Shown here: positions 1 through 13,802 of the stretch, piece after piece
Numbering within the stretch: the first letter of the stretch is position 1
How the letters are laid out: every line of letters starts with the position of its first letter
Source: Sphaeroforma arctica JP610
Lineage: Eukaryota
Direction: 5' to 3'
Assembly: GCF_001186125.1 (NCBI RefSeq)
Contig: NW_014040375.1
Span: 59,146-94,505 of the forward strand
Length of the DNA stretch: 35,360 bases
The notes under the pieces: generated by a model
Database searches by the model: none
Seen by the model: only the letters and a program-made list of their open reading frames with translations
Told to the model about the DNA's origin: nothing
Position numbers and translations under genes: made by a program

Positions 1-289
1 TTATATGGTCGACTTTTTTGTCTCGTGGAGTATCGTGTGAAAGTGACGCGCGCTCGAGTGTTCAGACAGAATATACAACTGCTGAGTTTTGTGTCAGGTT
101 ATCCCCGTATCTGTGATTCCTCTATATTTATATTTGTTCAACGCTCACTCTATTATGTATGTCAATTTTTTGTTAGACTGCAATATTGCTACTCGCTGGC
201 TTGTGTGTTTTTTGTGTATAGTTGTACACGTATGTCGTATACAATTATATCCTTCCATTTAACAACTGACATCACTAACATTGGAATAG

Positions 290-2590
290 AATGCGGATTC
301 CGACTTTAATCTCGGTGGAGGTGATGCGGCTACCGAGGCTGCGTTACAGCAGATGCTACAACAACTCGGACTCGATCTGAGAACCGCCATGACTGGACGT
401 AGGTTTTCACGTAGTATTCTTGCTCTCACACTGTGCATGTGACGTTATATATAGTCGGACTTTCTATTCTGTCCTCTTGTGTGATTTTGTGCGCGTGAAA
501 ACTAAGGATGTATGCATGTTTTATGTCGGTAAATGTGATCTAGTTACGTGATTGTCACTGTATCAGGTGGCGAATTCGGGGGTTTTTCTTTGCCAATCGA
601 AACGAGTGCATGCTGTGAGCCAGGTGGGCACTATTTGGCATTCTGACGAAGGCCAAAGAATACCGCTGGACGTAGCAACTGTCGCTTCCAGTCCAGATAT
701 TCAATATCGATGCTCAACAATTCTGCTGCCACAATTGTTTTGAACACTCGTTCAGATATTTGGCGTAGTAGTTTCGGTTTTTTTCTGTATATGAATTGAA
801 TATTGGGCTTTCCATATCTGTATGGTGGAAATATTATAGCTCGCAACAGACTTTTAGAGTCCTGTTAAAGTTGCGCACGGATCTTACATTCCCTACAGGG
901 CGTCTGCAATAAGTATGCGTGCACGATTTTACGAAACTAAAGTAGACACATTGGACCCCAATTTATCATAGAACACGCCAAGATACGCGACTTCCTGACC
1001 AGCATGAAGGATCCAAGCCCTTCCAAGCAACTTTCCTCACTCAGCGAACTGTGCGAGATGCTGTCGATGGGTGCTGACGACACGGTGTCAAACACACTAG
1101 CTCGGGAGATGGTCCCGGTATTGGTGGAGCTTCTGAATACCGGGGCGAATGATGAGATCATGATCACGGCGTGTAGAGCATTGGTGTATTTAATGGAGAT
1201 CATGCCATCGTCTTCAGACGTCGTTGTTTCAGAGGGTGCTGTGCCGGTGCTTTGCGCTAAGCTGATGGTCATTGAGATTATTGATCTGGCCGAAGAGGCC
1301 TTGTTGGCGATAGAGAAGCTGTCCAGGCGGAATGGGTATGTGACTATGTCTACACCCAGGCTACAAATACGTTGATTGTCTGATATTCTGTTTTCAGAAA
1401 ACCATCCAGTCTGTTTTGGATGTCCTATAAATAATACAACCATTTGCGGTATTCATTCGTGGTGCTTACGGCGGGGCTGCAAACCCCACACGATTATCGT
1501 ATTGCAGTTCGGCTGCAAGGGCTATACAACCAACTAATCGCCACTAATCGCTCCCCTTTTCACACCAACGGCATACCTTTTCACCTTTAGAGATGCGCTG
1601 CTTGAAGGAGGTGGCCTGGCTGCTGTGTTGACGTATCTCGACTTCTTTGCGACTGCGTCGCAGCGGTCCGCACTAACATCAGCCTCCAACATGTGTGCGG
1701 AAGCCACCAATACAAAGGAGTGCTACGAATCTGTGTTGCCAGTCATGGGCACCCTCAGACATTTGGTGGCAAGCGGCGATGCTAAGATGGCCGAGAGAGC
1801 CTGTGCGTGCTGCATGAATCTGGTGGATGTCTTCCAGGGCGATGCCACCAAGTTGGAGACAATTGCTGGTATGGTTTTGCGAGGCGGGGCTACTGGGCTG
1901 TACCACCCAGTTTGGCTCGCTGCCAACACTGCACGCACACCCGCAGATGCATACAATTGCGAGTCTTCCCTACTAACTTACGAAGGGGCGGCGTTGCTTT
2001 ATGGTCCATGGCAGCGCTTATGTGCGAGCTATCAGTGAAGTCCGCATTTTTATAATACATATATTTTTCTTCTGCTCCTTCTCCTCATACAAATTTGCTT
2101 TTTACTGATACACACAGGGTCGGATCTGGTACCTAACTTGCTGACAAACATCGGCCATACGCAAGAGTCTGCGGCTGTGCTCACGACAGTCATCCTCACA
2201 CTGGCACAGCTATGCAACGGAAGCCCAAAGCTTGCCGCGGCCTGTTTCGCACAGAATGTTCCCGATCTCGTATACAACTTCGTTGTGGAGGAGCATCACA
2301 GTGTGAAAGCAGAGACAAGCACAGACAGCCCATTGATAGCACACAAGGGCAATGCACTCGCCCACGTGCCCACCACAACAGGAGTGGTGCTGAAACACCA
2401 GCCACCCAAGCAGGTAATCACATGGCAGCGTCAAGTGGTTGTATTTGCCTACAGTTGTGCAGGCATGGGCAATGAGACATGCATGTGAATGAACTCATCT
2501 AGTGATAATAATGTATGTGTTTATGTAAGTCAGCAAAAAGGTTTATTTTAATTCACGAGTATACCTCTTTGTATATATATGTATATATAC

Positions 2591-2638
<48 letters not shown>

Positions 2639-5600
2639 ATGCGCATGTGCGCAGAGATGTACCGCAAACACATATACTTGGATATTTCGGAAATATACGT
2701 ACTTCTTGGCTCGAGTACCTCTTGTGTTTTGAACATGTGTATAGATGCAAAGAGTTTCATTCTAATTCGAGTATACCTCTTTTGTATATATATATAGGAT
2801 CCATCCTCCACTCCCCTCGAGGAGTGGAGGAGATGAACGTGCTCCNNNNNNNNNNNNNNNNNNNNNNNNNNNNNNNNNNNNNNNNNNNNNNNNNNNNNNN
2901 NNNNNNNNNNNNNNNNNNNNNNNNNNNNNNNNNNNNNNNNNNNNNNNNNNNNNNNNNNNNNNNNNNNNNNNNNNNNNNNNNNNNNNNNNNNNNNNNNNNN
3001 NNNNNNNNNNNNNNNNNNNNNNNNNNNNNNNNNNNNNNNNNNNNNNNNNNNNNNNNNNNNNNNNNNNNNNNNNNNNNNNNNNNNNNNNNNNNNNNNNNNN
3101 NNNNNNNNNNNNNNNNNNNNNNNNNNNNNNNNNNNNNNNNNNNNNNNNNNNNNNNNNNNNNNNNNNNNNNNNNNNNNNNNNNNNNNNNNNNNNNNNNNNN
3201 NNNNNNNNNNNNNNNNNNNNNNNNNNNNNNNNNNNNNNNNNNNNNNNNNNNNNNNNNNNNNNNNNNNNNNNNNNNNNNNNNNNNNNNNNNNNNNNNNNNN
3301 NNNNNNNNNNNNNNNNNNNNNNNNNNNNNNNNNNNNNNNNNNNNNNNNNNNNATATATATATATGCGCATGTGCGCAGGGATGTATCGCAAACACATACT
3401 CGGATATTAATGGAAATATTCATACTTTTTGGCTCGAGTATCTCTTGTGTTTTGAACACATGTGTATGATAATACATATTTGTACACTGTATATTTGTAT
3501 ATATACATGATTATGTGACCGTGTAGAACGTGTTCTTATATGGACATGCAATCGATACCAGTACTACTTAGGCATTCGATTCGGTTTCTTATCATTGGAT
3601 GCTCTATTAAATTGGTATGTTGTGAAAAAGAATGAATTTCGCATACTTGGCATAATCAGCCAGTTCTCCTGTTCGCACTTTTTAAGTTTTATAATAATGT
3701 GCTCAGCTGTGTCTCATCCTTCTTTATGTGTCATCGCTAACCCTCTCTCCACTGAACTATCCGTCTTTAGGTGCAAGAGTTCTTCACGTTGATGTGCCAC
3801 ATGTTACCCCGATTGCCCCATACGGATTTGTATCGCAGTCTCGGCTCAGAGGGGTGCAAAGGCGGACACGCGAAAGGAGATGTGAAGGCAAACGTCGACT
3901 ATAGAGCACTGGCTCGACAATGGATCCCCGTGCTTGTTGAGGTGAGTATTGGACGATTCATCTATAGTGCAAACGATTCTTCTATAGTTAATGAGAGTTT
4001 GTTTTCCATTTGCCTAATGACACAAATAGTTCACTCTGCGTTCGGGTGACATTTAATTAGCAAAAAATTTCCTAGCCTTATGCTAAGTGGCAGTGCCTGT
4101 GTTGGTCTATCTACGGCCAGCGTATGTTTCTGACTAACTTTTGCATCGCGCACATATTTGCTGGTGATGGCTGTATCATATGAAGCGAAAAAAAATACTA
4201 TTTTGATTCCTTACTTCCCCTGGTCATCCTTGCGTCTCTGTATATTTTGTCTTGACGGAAAGCCACAGTAGCTCATCTATTCCAAAAGTGCGTGGCTGTT
4301 CTTTACTATAGTTCACGACAATTAACTGGTCCTTATTTTATTAAAAAAAATGGATCATGCTCCAGGTACACGTCTCCATGTTCAATCTCGCACTACAAGA
4401 GTCCTGCTTGTCGTTGCTGCTCAAGATACTAGTCTGTGTATGTGAAGAAGACAAGAAAGGCGCACACCACACTCAGGCCGAACAAGATGAACTATCCGCT
4501 TGTTTATCAGAGCTCACGGCGTCGTTCATAGCCTCATTACTGAAGACGTCGCGTGCGTCGCCCATAATGTTCGGCATCGCCATGGCAACCACGCTGCTCA
4601 AGCGGGTGCCCAACGTGTACATGGCAGCCTTCCTACGCGAGGGCGTGGCGCATGAAATGCAGCGTCTTAAAGTGGCCGAAAGTGCCAAGGAATCGAAGCA
4701 CAAGAGCGGTGACCACGGCTCGTCCAGCAAGACTTCGGGTGTGAAAAAACGGGCCAGTGTAGAGGGCAGTGACAAGCAGCGCAAGTGGATCAAACGGTAC
4801 GCCGGCGAGTTCATGGCTGTGCTGCAGGCCGATTCGTCGGCATCGTCACTTCTGTCGGAGCAATCGGCGACCAATGCCGCGCTTGCTACCCTGGTGGATG
4901 CACTAAACAACGCAAAGAACGGTGCGTGCCTGTCTCTCACAATGTGCACACAGTGTGATACCGACGTAGTAGCTTGTTGTTGGATGTAGCTGCAGTCATG
5001 TGCGTTTGCGTTGGTGGCTTGCGGATTGGCTGCGTGTACATGTGCGAATATCAAGTAATTGATCTGACTACGATCTCGGGCGTATGCACTTCTGTATATG
5101 CACATTTATTTTGGCATGTGTATATATGAGTGCGCTGGAGATGTGTCTTTTGTGCACCTGAATGGCTTCTGATCTGAATCAGCACTTTTCAAACACCGGA
5201 TAGCATAACATTCTCAGACTATCACTATCTCATTGTAGCGCTGCGTAAATTACTGTAAGGGTCGCAGCAACAGTTAATTAGCTAAACCCTTTTAGTACAA
5301 GGCCATTCAGAGATTTTCTAGTATTTACATACGTTCACAAGCGTCTTATTTGTCCGCAGAATCGCTACTAACACAGTACACCCTTTTTTGGATGGGCCGA
5401 ACAGGTGACTCCCAGGGCCTGCGACTGCTGCGTGATATCATCACCACACAGCATCCGGCGCTGTCGGCATATGAAGTGAACAACAGTGGTCTTGTTCCTG
5501 CTCTGTTGTCGTACTTCTCTGTTTCTGAACCCGCACACCGATTGGAGCGTCTGCGTGCGTTCGTGAAGTTATTTCTCACGCCCACGCGTGTCCAGTCCAG

Positions 5601-8600
5601 CACGGCGCGAGCGATGTCCGTCGATGCCGATGCCGCAGTGGACAATTACGCAGGAATTGTCGATGGCAGCGAAGGCCCTCCGGCGATGAAGACACTCTTG
5701 CGCATGCTGAACGACGTGCTTTCGCGCGTGGAAACATTCCCACTGCAAATTCACAATGTAGTGGCCAGTGACGGGAGTCCGTCGAGTTTCAGCAACCATC
5801 TCAAGGTGCTCACTCAGCCCGTGAAGATCAAGCTAGAGAGGGCCGCCGGCCAGAGTGCGAAACTGCGCGAGTTGAAGAAAGTGGTCGCGGTGGAGCCCAT
5901 GGCGTCGATGTCGGCTATCGAGGACTTCCTCTGGCCAGAAGTCAGGCCGAAAGGTGCGTGCTTAAAATGTAGCTTGTCCTAGAGTTCTGGTAGCTCCAAA
6001 AAAAAATCGTTTTAGCTGGGCTCTTGTGCGTAGTACTCTAGCTTTCGCTATGTGCGAGATTTGGCACATTCCGGAAATGTTGAGTGGGTTGAGTAGCTAT
6101 TTTTAATAATATCGGCCTCTCAAGTGGCGCCTATAGGTGTAGACTTTGTTTTTTTTTTTTCGAGTTATTTACAGGACAATTGTCGGGCACTAATTAATGA
6201 GCTTTGTTACTAGGCGGCCTAGATACCATAAGTGTTAAGTTGTATTCGCTTGCTATTGTGTGTCTACATCACGTTTGACTATTTATCCACTGCCGTCCCG
6301 ATACACGTCTGATTGTCCCGCTCACTCGTGCATATACACTCTTACCTTAAAGATACAATAACATATACACTCTTACCTTTTAGATACAATAACCGGTGCA
6401 TCTGAAAGCAGCGCAAGCAATCGGCTGGGCGATCTCGCACGCGCGCTCGAACGTATGAACCGAAACGGAACAGATGTCGACGATGTCACAACAAAGGACT
6501 CCGACGAGGTCGCTGATGAACCTTCCGATGATGCAGACACGGATACCGTATGTTTGCTATTTGCAGACTAATTAGTTTTTGCTTGGTTTGTAATAAGAAT
6601 TGCCGTGGCTCTAGTTGGTATCTATTAGTTCTGCCTTCTCCTATGATAATGTTGACGTGCTTTCGTGCTTCCTCAGTTACTGCCGTATATATCGCGTACA
6701 TGCGCGGAAATAGTCTATGCATGCATTCACGTTTTAAAATCTTTAAATACGTTGTTGCTATATAAATCGAGCTTACCTCGTCGGGCGCACGCCGTTGTCG
6801 ATAATGATGTCCAGCTCAGAGTTATGCCTGCGTATAGTTTGGATGAGCGATGGCTTCGCAAGTGGTGGTGCTTTGGCCCTATTGCATGACGTAGTGCAGC
6901 TCACCTTGTGCAAGACCATGCACATCATTTACCAGCTATGTACACACACACACACACCATGCGCAGAAAGCCGATGGGGGCAGCGATACGGAAAAGTTTG
7001 CTCAAGCCGAAGATGCGAGGGGTGATAAAGCGGACACAGATGCGAGTGCTGCAACGAAACCACAAACACGTTCGCAAACCAAAGCCCGTGCAGAGGTCGA
7101 TACTAAGCCAGATACAAAAGACGACAAGATACCTTCACCCCCAAGGGCATCCGCACGCACGCAGTCACACCCCCTGCATAGCACGTCCAAGACCCTGGAG
7201 AGCCGGAAGTCTAAGATCAAGAAAGAAAAGCCGACGGAGCCGAAGCTAGACTTCTTTGTGGATGGGCACTTGCTGGATCACAAGACTACTGTATTGCACT
7301 GTTTACAAAAGTATACCGATTTCTCTAGTCGAGAGCATAAGGTGAGCAGACCTAGCAGCGTGCACTTATTACAACTGTTCATACGTCTGTGTGTGTATGT
7401 GTAGTTGTCCTTTCTATTTTCTATCTACGCCCGCCGGGCCTTTCTTGTCAGCCGATCAGCATAATCGTTTGGAAGTGTAGGTTACAACTGTGAATTTGGA
7501 CGGTTTGAGAGTAGTTTTTGCATGCATTCCTTTATCAACAACATTAAGGTGGGTTCAGCACACATGGTGGATTCTTGCTGATCCTCTGAACCTATTCTGT
7601 GTTTATGTATAATTCGGTTACTAATGACTAATTACACTGCGCGATGTGGGATTCGTGCATCAGGCGGTGTCAGAATATGTCAAGGACTCTACTAATCGCG
7701 TCACGCTGTCTGCATCATTTGGAACAGGTACCCGGGACAAGCCAAATGAGCCGAGGGTCCTCGCAATGGTCTTCATCGAGCAACCTCTCCGGCGATAAGG
7801 AGTTCGTCATCACCTATGCCATACGTGAGGTGGACCAACCAGACACCTTCTCGCGCAACGCCCTGTCCAGCGTACACACTCCTGCGGCGCCGTACACGTC
7901 CGCGTGTGCAGCCTCGGCCAATAGCTCGGAGGAGAGCTCGAGTGCAGGTGCCGTAATAGGCAGTCGGAAACGCGCGCTGTCGGTGGACGGTATCCGGGTG
8001 CATGGACCGGAAGACAGCTACCTGCATGTGTTCAACGACGTGTTGGAGTGGGATGAGAGCGATACGAAGCAGTTCATTATCACGGATGGAGCGACGATAC
8101 ACACTATAAGAATCCTGCGGCTCGTGCATTCGGTCAATTCGAGGTAGGTCGTTTGTCCTGTGTGTGCAAGCGTGTGTGCAATGAGCACGCCTGTGCAAAA
8201 ATGCGCCAGTAGACACAGCTGGAAAGAAGTGTAAGTGAACAGGTCCGTTGCTTGGCCTCAAAACGGAAGTATCTGATGTTCCTATTACTTCTTTTGGTTC
8301 ATTGGCTGTCTGAAGATGGACGGCATTGATTGTAGCTGCAGCCATCGCCACCGTCACATCCTCTGTTTGCACGTAATATGTGCATTCTTAATCGACACCA
8401 GTCTGAAAGCTGTAATACTCAAGTCTATAAATCTATGACAGGACTGCTAGTCAATCTGCGATCGACGATCGAGATGAATGATTTTTTAAATTGTCACTTT
8501 ATACAAGACCGCGGCTCATGTCGTTCAGATAAACTTCAAGCCACAAATGTCCGTCCGTGGTTTGATCTTGATGCACCGCACCACCCCCTCAACAAGTTAA

Positions 8601-11600
8601 TGGACAGAAATAGAGGCTCACTGCTGGCCTTATACTCTCGACCCATGCTTACATAAGAACGCTCGTTCCCACTCTTCACAGGTGGTATCTGCTGTACCCG
8701 AGACAAGAAGCCCTGGCCATGAGAGACCAAGTCAGGATATTGTCAGGAAGCGCCTTCAAAAACAAAACACTCAACGCCAAAATTTGTCGACAATTGATTG
8801 ATCCGCTCACGCTTGCGAGTGCCTCAGTACCCGAGTGGTGTGATGCTTTATGCCACAGGTATGCTGAACATGAAGCGTGGTTGGGGTGACGTATATTTGT
8901 ATGTATATGTGTATACTTGTGTATGTATATGTATATGCATGTATATGTGTATACTTGTGTATGTATATGTATATGCATGTATGTATGTATGTATGTATGT
9001 ATTATGTATATATATATATATATTTATATATGCACTGTGCGCGCTGATGAGTGTCCGAGTTGATTCATTGTCAGCACTGGTGTCTTCCTCAAACCGACCA
9101 TAATATACCATCATGCTATATAATAGCGCGTTCTCGTCTGTGTATAAGGATGGTCTGGCTTGCAGGGTTGTGTTTTCACTGTTCAATAGGCCGACCATGG
9201 TACTGTGTACATGCACACGCTGTGGCACGCCGCACTAGTTAAGTGGCACCCTCGCTTAAATTGTTTACATATTGCGCTATATTGGCTGGATGGTTTGTGA
9301 GAGACTCACATTCGCGTATATCATTGCCACCAGATGCGGATTCCTACTACCGATGAAGACGCGTCAGTCGTATCTGCACGCGACAACGTTTGGCATTGCG
9401 AGAGCACTGACGAATCTGCAGAAGCAAACGGAACAGAGCGGTGGCACACAGAAGGCGGAGCTGAGGATCGCCAGGATACAACGTGCTAAGGTAAGGCGAG
9501 CGATACATTGCAGCACTGCACCACGCGAGAGCAGGCGGATAAGTGAGACGTCTATTTGCTGCCGTGCGCAATCGTCCATACTGGGGGAAGTGGATTCCTG
9601 TGCATTTGCTTGCGATTGCGAATCTCTGTGTGGGGTAGTTTAGTAAGCACGGTTGTATTGTATTGCCCGAAGATTTTGTCCTCATTCTGTTTGTACATGC
9701 ATATCCGCAGGTCAAAATAAATCGTGATTCGATGCTGGACGCCTGCAAGAAACTTATGAGTCGATATGCCTCGTCGCACATGATGTTGGAGATTGAGTAC
9801 AAAAACGAAGTTGGGACTGGACTGGGGCCAACGCTCGAGTTCTACACGCTGGTATCCCGCGAATTCCAAGCAGACGAACTGGCCATGTGGCGCGAAAAGC
9901 AACAGACTGTCGGTAATGTGGCCATTCGGATGTATCGTGGGTGTAGTCGGAGTACGTCAGCTTCCACGTCAATGTGATGCGTTTCTCCGTTGTATTTCAG
10001 TTTTCAAAGTGGGGTTGTGGGAGATATTTGCGTGCATAGTTTAAAGTTATGGTATAATAACTCTGATGTGTCACAAGCGTCTTGATTGGCGATCGTCGAC
10101 GGCACGCATGCGGCGGAACACAAGGTAGTTCGACTTGCTCGAATATGCGTAGTCTGATAACACTATTCTCGTACACGAAGGAATAAGACGGACATCATGC
10201 ACATCATCACCGCCTTATTAACATGCCGCTGCTTGTCGTTTGTGATGCAGGTTTATATCCTGCGCCGCTCCCGACAGACATCAAGTCGTCAAGAAAGCGT
10301 TGCCGTATGTTCAGAACTCTGGGTCAGTTTGTGGGCAAGGCACTTTGGGATTCCAAGATGATTGATATCCCATTTTCTCAAACCTTGCTTCGGTGGTTGT
10401 TATTTGAAGAGGATCAGTTCCGTATTACGACACTGGGTAGGTAGACGATCATAACAATCTGGACATGTTTGATTTGTGCTCCCCTGAAGTTCTTTGCCAT
10501 TTCTTACTAAAATGCCAGAGATGGAGTTTTGTAGTTTCATGTTGTTCGGCTCTTGTCCAGCATACGTACCTTTAGTCATCGAGCGTGACTTCGATACACA
10601 GTCGAGCCTTTGTGTGTATACTCGCAGTGTCTATTTCTCATATCTGGTGTGCACTAACGCAAAACCTACGATGTTTGCAATGAAATCTTGCAGAGGATAT
10701 CGATCCCGCTCTGTGCCGCACCATCACGGCACTGGATGACGTTCGACAGCAGTATGAGGTCATAGATACCAACGAAGCATTGACAGACGAAGAGAAAGAA
10801 GCACAGATCAATGCGCTCAGGCTCAACGGAGCGACCGTAGAAGACTTGTGCCTTGATTTTACTATCCCCGGCTACCCTGATATAGGTACAGTGACGCTCT
10901 CTTAACCCTTTTTACTTAAAAGTAATAGCTATTTGAAATGTTAGAGTAATTGTCGCGGCTGTTGATTATCTTTGATATCAGTTCGTACTCCACCTCGTTA
11001 GAAGGTTGCACTGTGCGAGTTTTCGCATATCCGATCGATATTTTCATCGCTCAAGCGGTTGATTGTCGTGTTACTATTTGCACTCAATGTACATCCCATT
11101 TTTTTTTGTCACAGAATTGATTCCTGGAGGTGCTGATCAGACCGTCGACATCCACAGGCTTGGACAGTACATTCGGTTGGTGGTTAAAACTATACTCGTA
11201 GACAGCGTTGCTCAACAAATGGAGGCATTTCGGTCAGGGTTTGACGAGGTAATATCCCTGACGGCACTCAAGGGTTTCACTCCGAACGAATTAGCGCTAA
11301 TGCTGTTTGGTGCTGAAGAGAAATGGGACGTAGAAACACTCGCTGCGAATACAAAACCAGACCACGGCTACACTAGCGAAAGGTGAGTATCCTGCTGGGT
11401 ACGTATTGTATGGGTCCGTGAGCTGTACTCGCGATTGCATTTGTGCTTGCCTCGTGTGATGTTTGGCTGCCTGAAGTCTCGCATATGTTGCATTGCATTG
11501 ACTTCGGGCCAGTGAATGTGCGTCACTGCGAGCTCAAGTGTTGTGAGGTAAGTTGGACAATTGTCCTTGACTTGGAAATCCACTTTGTTTCTTCCTTTAC

Positions 11601-12478
11601 CTGTAGCGCGGCCGTCAAGAACCTGTTCTTCATCATGGCTAACTATACCCCAGATGAGAAGAGAAAATTCCTGCAATTCATCACTGGAAGTCCTCGCTTA
11701 CCGGTTGGAGGTGTGTATGCAAAAATAGTTCAGTCACTCTGTAGTGCACGTTATTCGGTCTAATGGTGCAGTGTCGCGTAAGCTGATCATTGTATTCAGC
11801 TAAGGCACATACAGTACATGTAGGCTCAGGCAGGAAGAGTTTCAGGCCTAAAGTTTGTTGTTGTTTATTGTGTGTGGCAACCGCCTACTGTCAATACGGA
11901 TAGTATTATCTATCCAGCATCAAGTTTCACGAAATGATGGTCGGGGTTCTGGAAACTCGAAGGGAACGTATGTACTCGTGTGGTGGGTATTGGCTTGGGA
12001 ATCAGCGATTAATATTACACATTAAGGAATTTGCTCAAACTTGTAACGTAATACCTTCCTACATTCCAGGTTTGAAAAGTTTGCAACCACCGCTTACGAT
12101 CGTGCGAAAAGCTCCAGACGACTCTATGCAGCCCGATGATTTCTTGCCTTCAGTGATGACTTGCACCAATTATTTGAAACTGCCAGGTATGACACCATGA
12201 ATCGAGAAATTGTACTACTTTCGTGCAAATCAATCTACTGGTGACCTACACATCATGTTGTCAGCATGTACAGATGTTTAAATCGTATTGTGAAGGGTTC
12301 AATGTACTAGTAAGAGCCCATAGGTCGTATCGACACCATATCGACACCATGCGTTTACCTCATGCTACGCCTGCTGCTGCTTCAATTTGTTCATGCAGAC
12401 TACTCTAGTCGAGAGGTGATGGCAGAGCGACTTGTTACGGCCATCAATGAGGGAACGGGCAGTTTCCACATGTCGTAG
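290..12478 (+). CDS. TRIP12: HECT-type E3 ubiquitin ligase, UFD4/TRIP12/UPL3 family (ARM repeats + C-terminal HECT), 5'-partial, 19 exons
   Basis: Hand-spliced GT-AG exons: 290-398, 972-1335, 1591-1868, 2118-2413, 3771-3941, 4366-4921, 5405-5953, 6384-6547, 6967-7341, 7728-8143, 8682-8858, 9334-9490, 9711-9912, 10251-10436, 10694-10885, 11115-11382, 11607-11710, 12070-12186, 12399-12478. They total 4761 nt and all phases match. Family motifs: [80 protein letters not shown], catalytic [15 protein letters not shown]-terminal EGTGSFHMS*. The start codon lies upstream of the window. Confidence 0.95.
2551..3470. repeat. Intronic tandem repeat (~213-bp unit containing a (TA)n tract), interrupted by a sequencing gap
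   Basis: CGAGTATACCTCTTT-GTATATAT occurs at ~2556 and ~2768. ATATGCGCATGTGCGCAG...CGCAAACACATA...GGCTCGAGTA..TCTTGTGTTTTGAACA occurs at ~2637-2735 and again at ~3361-3458. Confidence 0.8.
2846..3352. other. Assembly gap (N run)
   Basis: Run of n characters. Confidence 1.
6331..6392 (+). repeat. 31-bp tandem duplication spanning a 3' splice site
   Basis: catatacactcttaccttAAagatacaataa (6331-6361) is followed by catatacactcttaccttTTagatacaataa (6362-6392). Confidence 0.9.
8890..9031. repeat. (TA/TG/TATG)n microsatellite in HECT gene intron
   Basis: gtatatgtgtat..., tatgtatgtatg, (TA)n. Confidence 0.9.
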
Positions 12479-12923
12479 AATGGCTCGACGAAGGCTAAAT
12501 ATCATATATTTACGACAGGCATCCCACCAACCCGATACAACGTACAACAGGAGACACATACTCACCCCGTGGTCTCGAGAATGGTTATGTGAGCGCACGT
12601 CGTGGAGATGGTCGCGTGCTTATGTGTAGATCGCTATTAAACCCGCAGTTCAAGTATATATGAGACCTATGTAGTACTTTTGCTTTGATAATATCCATCA
12701 TATTGCGATAACCTTGTTGCTGGTGTTGGCTCGTGTGCCCTCTATGAAGAAAGCAAATGTGCGACAAACACCGCACTGGATTTTGTCCAGAATAAGTTCG
12801 GAATTAACAATGTGACTGTTTTCAGCTGGCATGTTTTAAAAGCTGTTGGTTATGATAGACTCGCATTGAATGTATCGAAATTCAGTGTGGCCATAAGCAT
12901 CAAATTGAAACCCACTTTGTATT

Positions 12924-13220
12924 TCAACGCACGTACCCTAGTGAAGTAGACACGAGAGCTGTGGAATACAGTCACTGCTGTTTATTGTATTATCAACGCA
13001 CGTACCCNNNNNNNNNNNNNNNNNNNNTTGTGAAGTAGACACGGGAGCTGTGGAATACAGTCACTGCTGCTTATTTTATTATCAACGCACGTACCCTAGT
13101 GAAGTAGACACAGGAGCGGTAGAATACAGTCGCTGCTGCTTATTTTATTATCAACGCAGGTACCCTAGTGAAGTAGACACAGGAGCTGTAGAATACAGTC
13201 GCTGCTGCTTATTTTATTAT
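12924..13220. repeat. 69-bp minisatellite (at least 4 copies, with a 20-N gap)
   Basis: TCAACGCACGTACCCTAGTGAAGTAGACAC...GAATACAGTC.CTGCTG.TTATT.TATTA begins at 12924, 12993, 13082 and 13151. Confidence 0.92.
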
Positions 13221-13425
13221 CCTTGCTTCATGTCCTTTTATTAGCCTTGCTTCATTTTATTTTGTTGTCCCTGCTTCATTTTCTTTTGTTCTCCTTATTT
13301 CATTTTCTTTTATTATCCTTGCTTCATTTTCTCTTATTATCCTTGCCTCATTTTCTGTTAATATCCTTGTTTCATTTTCTTTTATTATCCTTGCCTCATT
13401 TTCTTTTATAATCCTTGCTTCATCT
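13212..13425. repeat. 24-bp minisatellite (~9 copies)
   Basis: Consensus TTTTATTATCCTTGCTTCATTTTC repeated in tandem. Confidence 0.9.
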
Positions 13426-13802
13426 CTCTGAAGTGGTAAGATTTGTGCTCAACGTGTCCGTGCTTGCATTGTGCAGTGCGTAGCCTCAACTGTTAGGCAT
13501 ATACCACACTCTGCTACTCAGATCCGTGCTTACTGTTGAAACGTGATATAATCGCTGTGAATCATTATGGACATGTCGTACCTGATGAATATTGCACTTG
13601 AAAGTATGCTATCTGGCCTGGTTCGCTTCACTATCCTGTAGTGTTTCTCGTATTCCCCAGCGGGAACTTTTTTGGCGTCAATTTGCTTGCTTTTGCATTC
13701 GTTAATATTTTCTGTCTTCTATTGTATATACTTTTCCTTTTTCTCCTTTACACTTGTTTGCGAGCTTCGATTGCTCACGCCTGCGACTCGCCACTATGAG
13801 CA

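Noticed and set aside
2515..3510. Long ORFs of 200-330 aa in the ORF track
   Set aside because: Artefacts of the N gap and (TA)n repeats
4473..5105. Antisense ORFs over HECT exons (also 937-1443 and 7773-8372) and plus-strand ORFs at 15663-16879
   Set aside because: Shadow frames of real coding exons, with no independent motifs
12924..13220. Regularly spaced repeats resembling a CRISPR array
   Set aside because: The whole 69-bp unit repeats with no unique spacers, no cas genes are present, and the context is eukaryotic
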